DNA of 64,000 nt, taken from the NCBI GenBank assembly GCA_964654185.1, contig CAZZIE010000005.1, positions 4,156 through 68,155 of the forward strand, given 5' to 3'. The stretch's first letter is position 1, and every line of letters starts with the position of its first letter. The notes below the pieces were generated by a model. That model saw only the letters and a list, made by a program, of their open reading frames with translations. It searched no databases and was not told the origin of the DNA. The position numbers were made by a program, and so were the translations under genes. Source of the DNA: an uncultured Spirochaetaceae bacterium (lineage in GTDB: Bacteria > Spirochaetota > Spirochaetia > DSM-27196 > PWMO01). Of this stretch, positions 62,887 through 64,000 are shown one piece after another.

Positions 62887-64000
62887 CTACTGCCGCTCGA
62901 ACACCCGGTAGCCCCACGCCTCGAGATTGAGGTCGATGCTGCCGTCCAGCCGATCTGCTTCACGCCGAAACACTTCACGGTAGGAGCCCTCGATTGCGGC
63001 GTCGGTGAGGCGCACGGATCGCTCCTCTCCCGACAGGTTTGCCACCACGAGCACCTGCTCGTCGCCGCGCTCCCGGAGAAAGGCGAGTACGTGGCGCGGC
63101 TGATCGTGATCGAGGACTCGGAGCGCTCCCCCTGCCCGGCCGTGCCACAGCGCCGGGTTGCGGTCCTTCAAGGCGGCCAGGGTCGTGTAGAAGTCCGCAA
63201 AGGCGTAGTCTCCCCAGTCGATTGAGTCGCGCTCGAAGAAGGCGAGGCGCCGGTCCAGCGCCGCCTCCTGGCCGCTGTAGATGAGCGGCATGCCGGGAAG
63301 TGTGAAGGTCAGCGCCGCAAAGGCCTTTGCCCCGTCGCCGAGGCGTTCGAAGACGTGGCCGTTCCAGGAGTTCTCATCGTGATTGCTGGTGAAGTTCATG
63401 ATGATGTCCCGCTCCCGGTACCGGCGGTCCACCCGTTCGAAGTACGTGGCAATTGAGGAAGCCGGCCTGCTGCCGGCGGCAATATCGTTCATGAGGTGGT
63501 GGAGCTCCCAACCGTAGGTCATGTCGAAGCCGGCAAGGTGCAAGGACGGAGACTCCGCCTCGGCCAGCATGAACAGCGGCTTGATCTCGCGAAGCTCGGC
63601 GATGGTGCGCACCCAGAAGTCCGCCGGCACGCCGTGGGCGACATCGGCGCGGTACCCATCGACCCCAATCTCTTCCACCCAGAAGCGCATGGCATCCGTC
63701 ATGGCGCGGCGCAACTCCGGGTTGTCGTAGTCGAAGGCGGCAACATCGGTCCAATCGGTGCCGGGAGGGTGCACGATCTCGCCTGCGGCGTCCTGGGTGT
63801 ACCAGTCGGGGTGCGCCTCGACCCAGGGGTGATCCCAGGCGCTGTGGTTGGCGACCCAGTCCAGGATGACCCGCATGCCGCGGTCGTGCGCCGCCGCCAG
63901 AAAGGCTTGCAAGTCCTCCATGGTCCCGAGCTCCGGATTCACCGCCCGATAGTCCGCCACCGAGTAGGGACTCCCCAGGACTCCCTTGCGCCGCTCTTCG
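62887..64000 (-). CDS. GH13 alpha-amylase family glycoside hydrolase (N-terminus beyond the window)
   Basis: VILDWVANHS (region I), GVDGYRADVAHGV (region II), FMLAEAE (region III), FTSNHDENS (region IV). The frame stays open to position 64000 (..GSPYSVADYRAV). Confidence 0.85.
   Translation of the reverse strand, partial: EERRKGVLGSPYSVADYRAVNPELGTMEDLQAFLAAAHDRGMRVILDWVANHSAWDHPWVEAHPDWYTQDAAGEIVHPPGTDWTDVAAFDYDNPELRRAMTDAMRFWVEEIGVDGYRADVAHGVPADFWVRTIAELREIKPLFMLAEAESPSLHLAGFDMTYGWELHHLMNDIAAGSRPASSIATYFERVDRRYRERDIIMNFTSNHDENSWNGHVFERLGDGAKAFAALTFTLPGMPLIYSGQEAALDRRLAFFERDSIDWGDYAFADFYTTLAALKDRNPALWHGRAGGALRVLDHDQPRHVLAFLRERGDEQVLVVANLSGEERSVRLTDAAIEGSYREVFRREADRLDGSIDLNLEAWGYRVFERQ

Overview
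High-GC bacterial chromosomal segment. Hand-counted 60-nt lines in the flanks give about 73-75% GC. I call about 60 protein genes. I found no rRNA, tRNA, CRISPR array, transposase or integrase. All family calls rest on reading motifs in the supplied translations; no HMM or BLAST search was possible. Lineage guess, low confidence: Spirochaetota-like, based on a FapA/DUF342 gene, many lipoproteins, RRM RNA-binding proteins and GGEQEG-type binding-protein signal peptides.

Layout:
- 0.3-10.9 kb: FapA, an exported FMN-binding lipoprotein plus tandem-rhodanese lipoprotein operon, a radical-SAM PflX-like gene, DUF1810, a PEGA-domain secreted protein, YjbQ, a thymidylate-kinase-like protein with a degenerate P-loop, an RRM RNA-binding protein and a DUF606 membrane protein.
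- 11.07-31.30 kb: a visibly lower-GC accessory island (about 47-60% in hand-counted lines) made only of transport, catabolic and regulator genes. Module one is an AraC-controlled CUT2 ABC, cyclase and M24 operon. Module two is a 12-gene GntR-headed operon: M20 peptidase, CUT1 ABC without an ATPase, three darcynin-like domains, an ureidoglycolate-lyase-like cupin, a PfkB kinase, an e2b2/eIF-2B-like protein, a double-SIS protein and a GATase1-like protein. Ribokinase is divergent from it. The gene combination in module two matches no pathway I know. It is my best candidate for an undescribed system.
- 31.6-64 kb: S41-like lipoprotein, sbcB, TraB/GumN, a second RRM paralog, an Asp-box propeller lipoprotein, a binding-protein plus Cache-HAMP-PAS-HisKA_2 kinase pair, GT4, an M81/MlrC lipoprotein, a hydrolase-membrane fusion, oadGAB with oadB frameshifted in a C-run, an HD-GYP protein, an unlisted 52-aa membrane ORF, an orphan PhnD-like binding protein, an aldo/keto reductase, a tandem TetR, livHMGFK, typA, vapBC and a partial GH13.

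Other notable signals:
- Both RRM genes carry a conserved leader with an anti-Shine-Dalgarno block.
- A perfect 16-bp DasR/NagR-like palindrome sits in front of the GntR gene.
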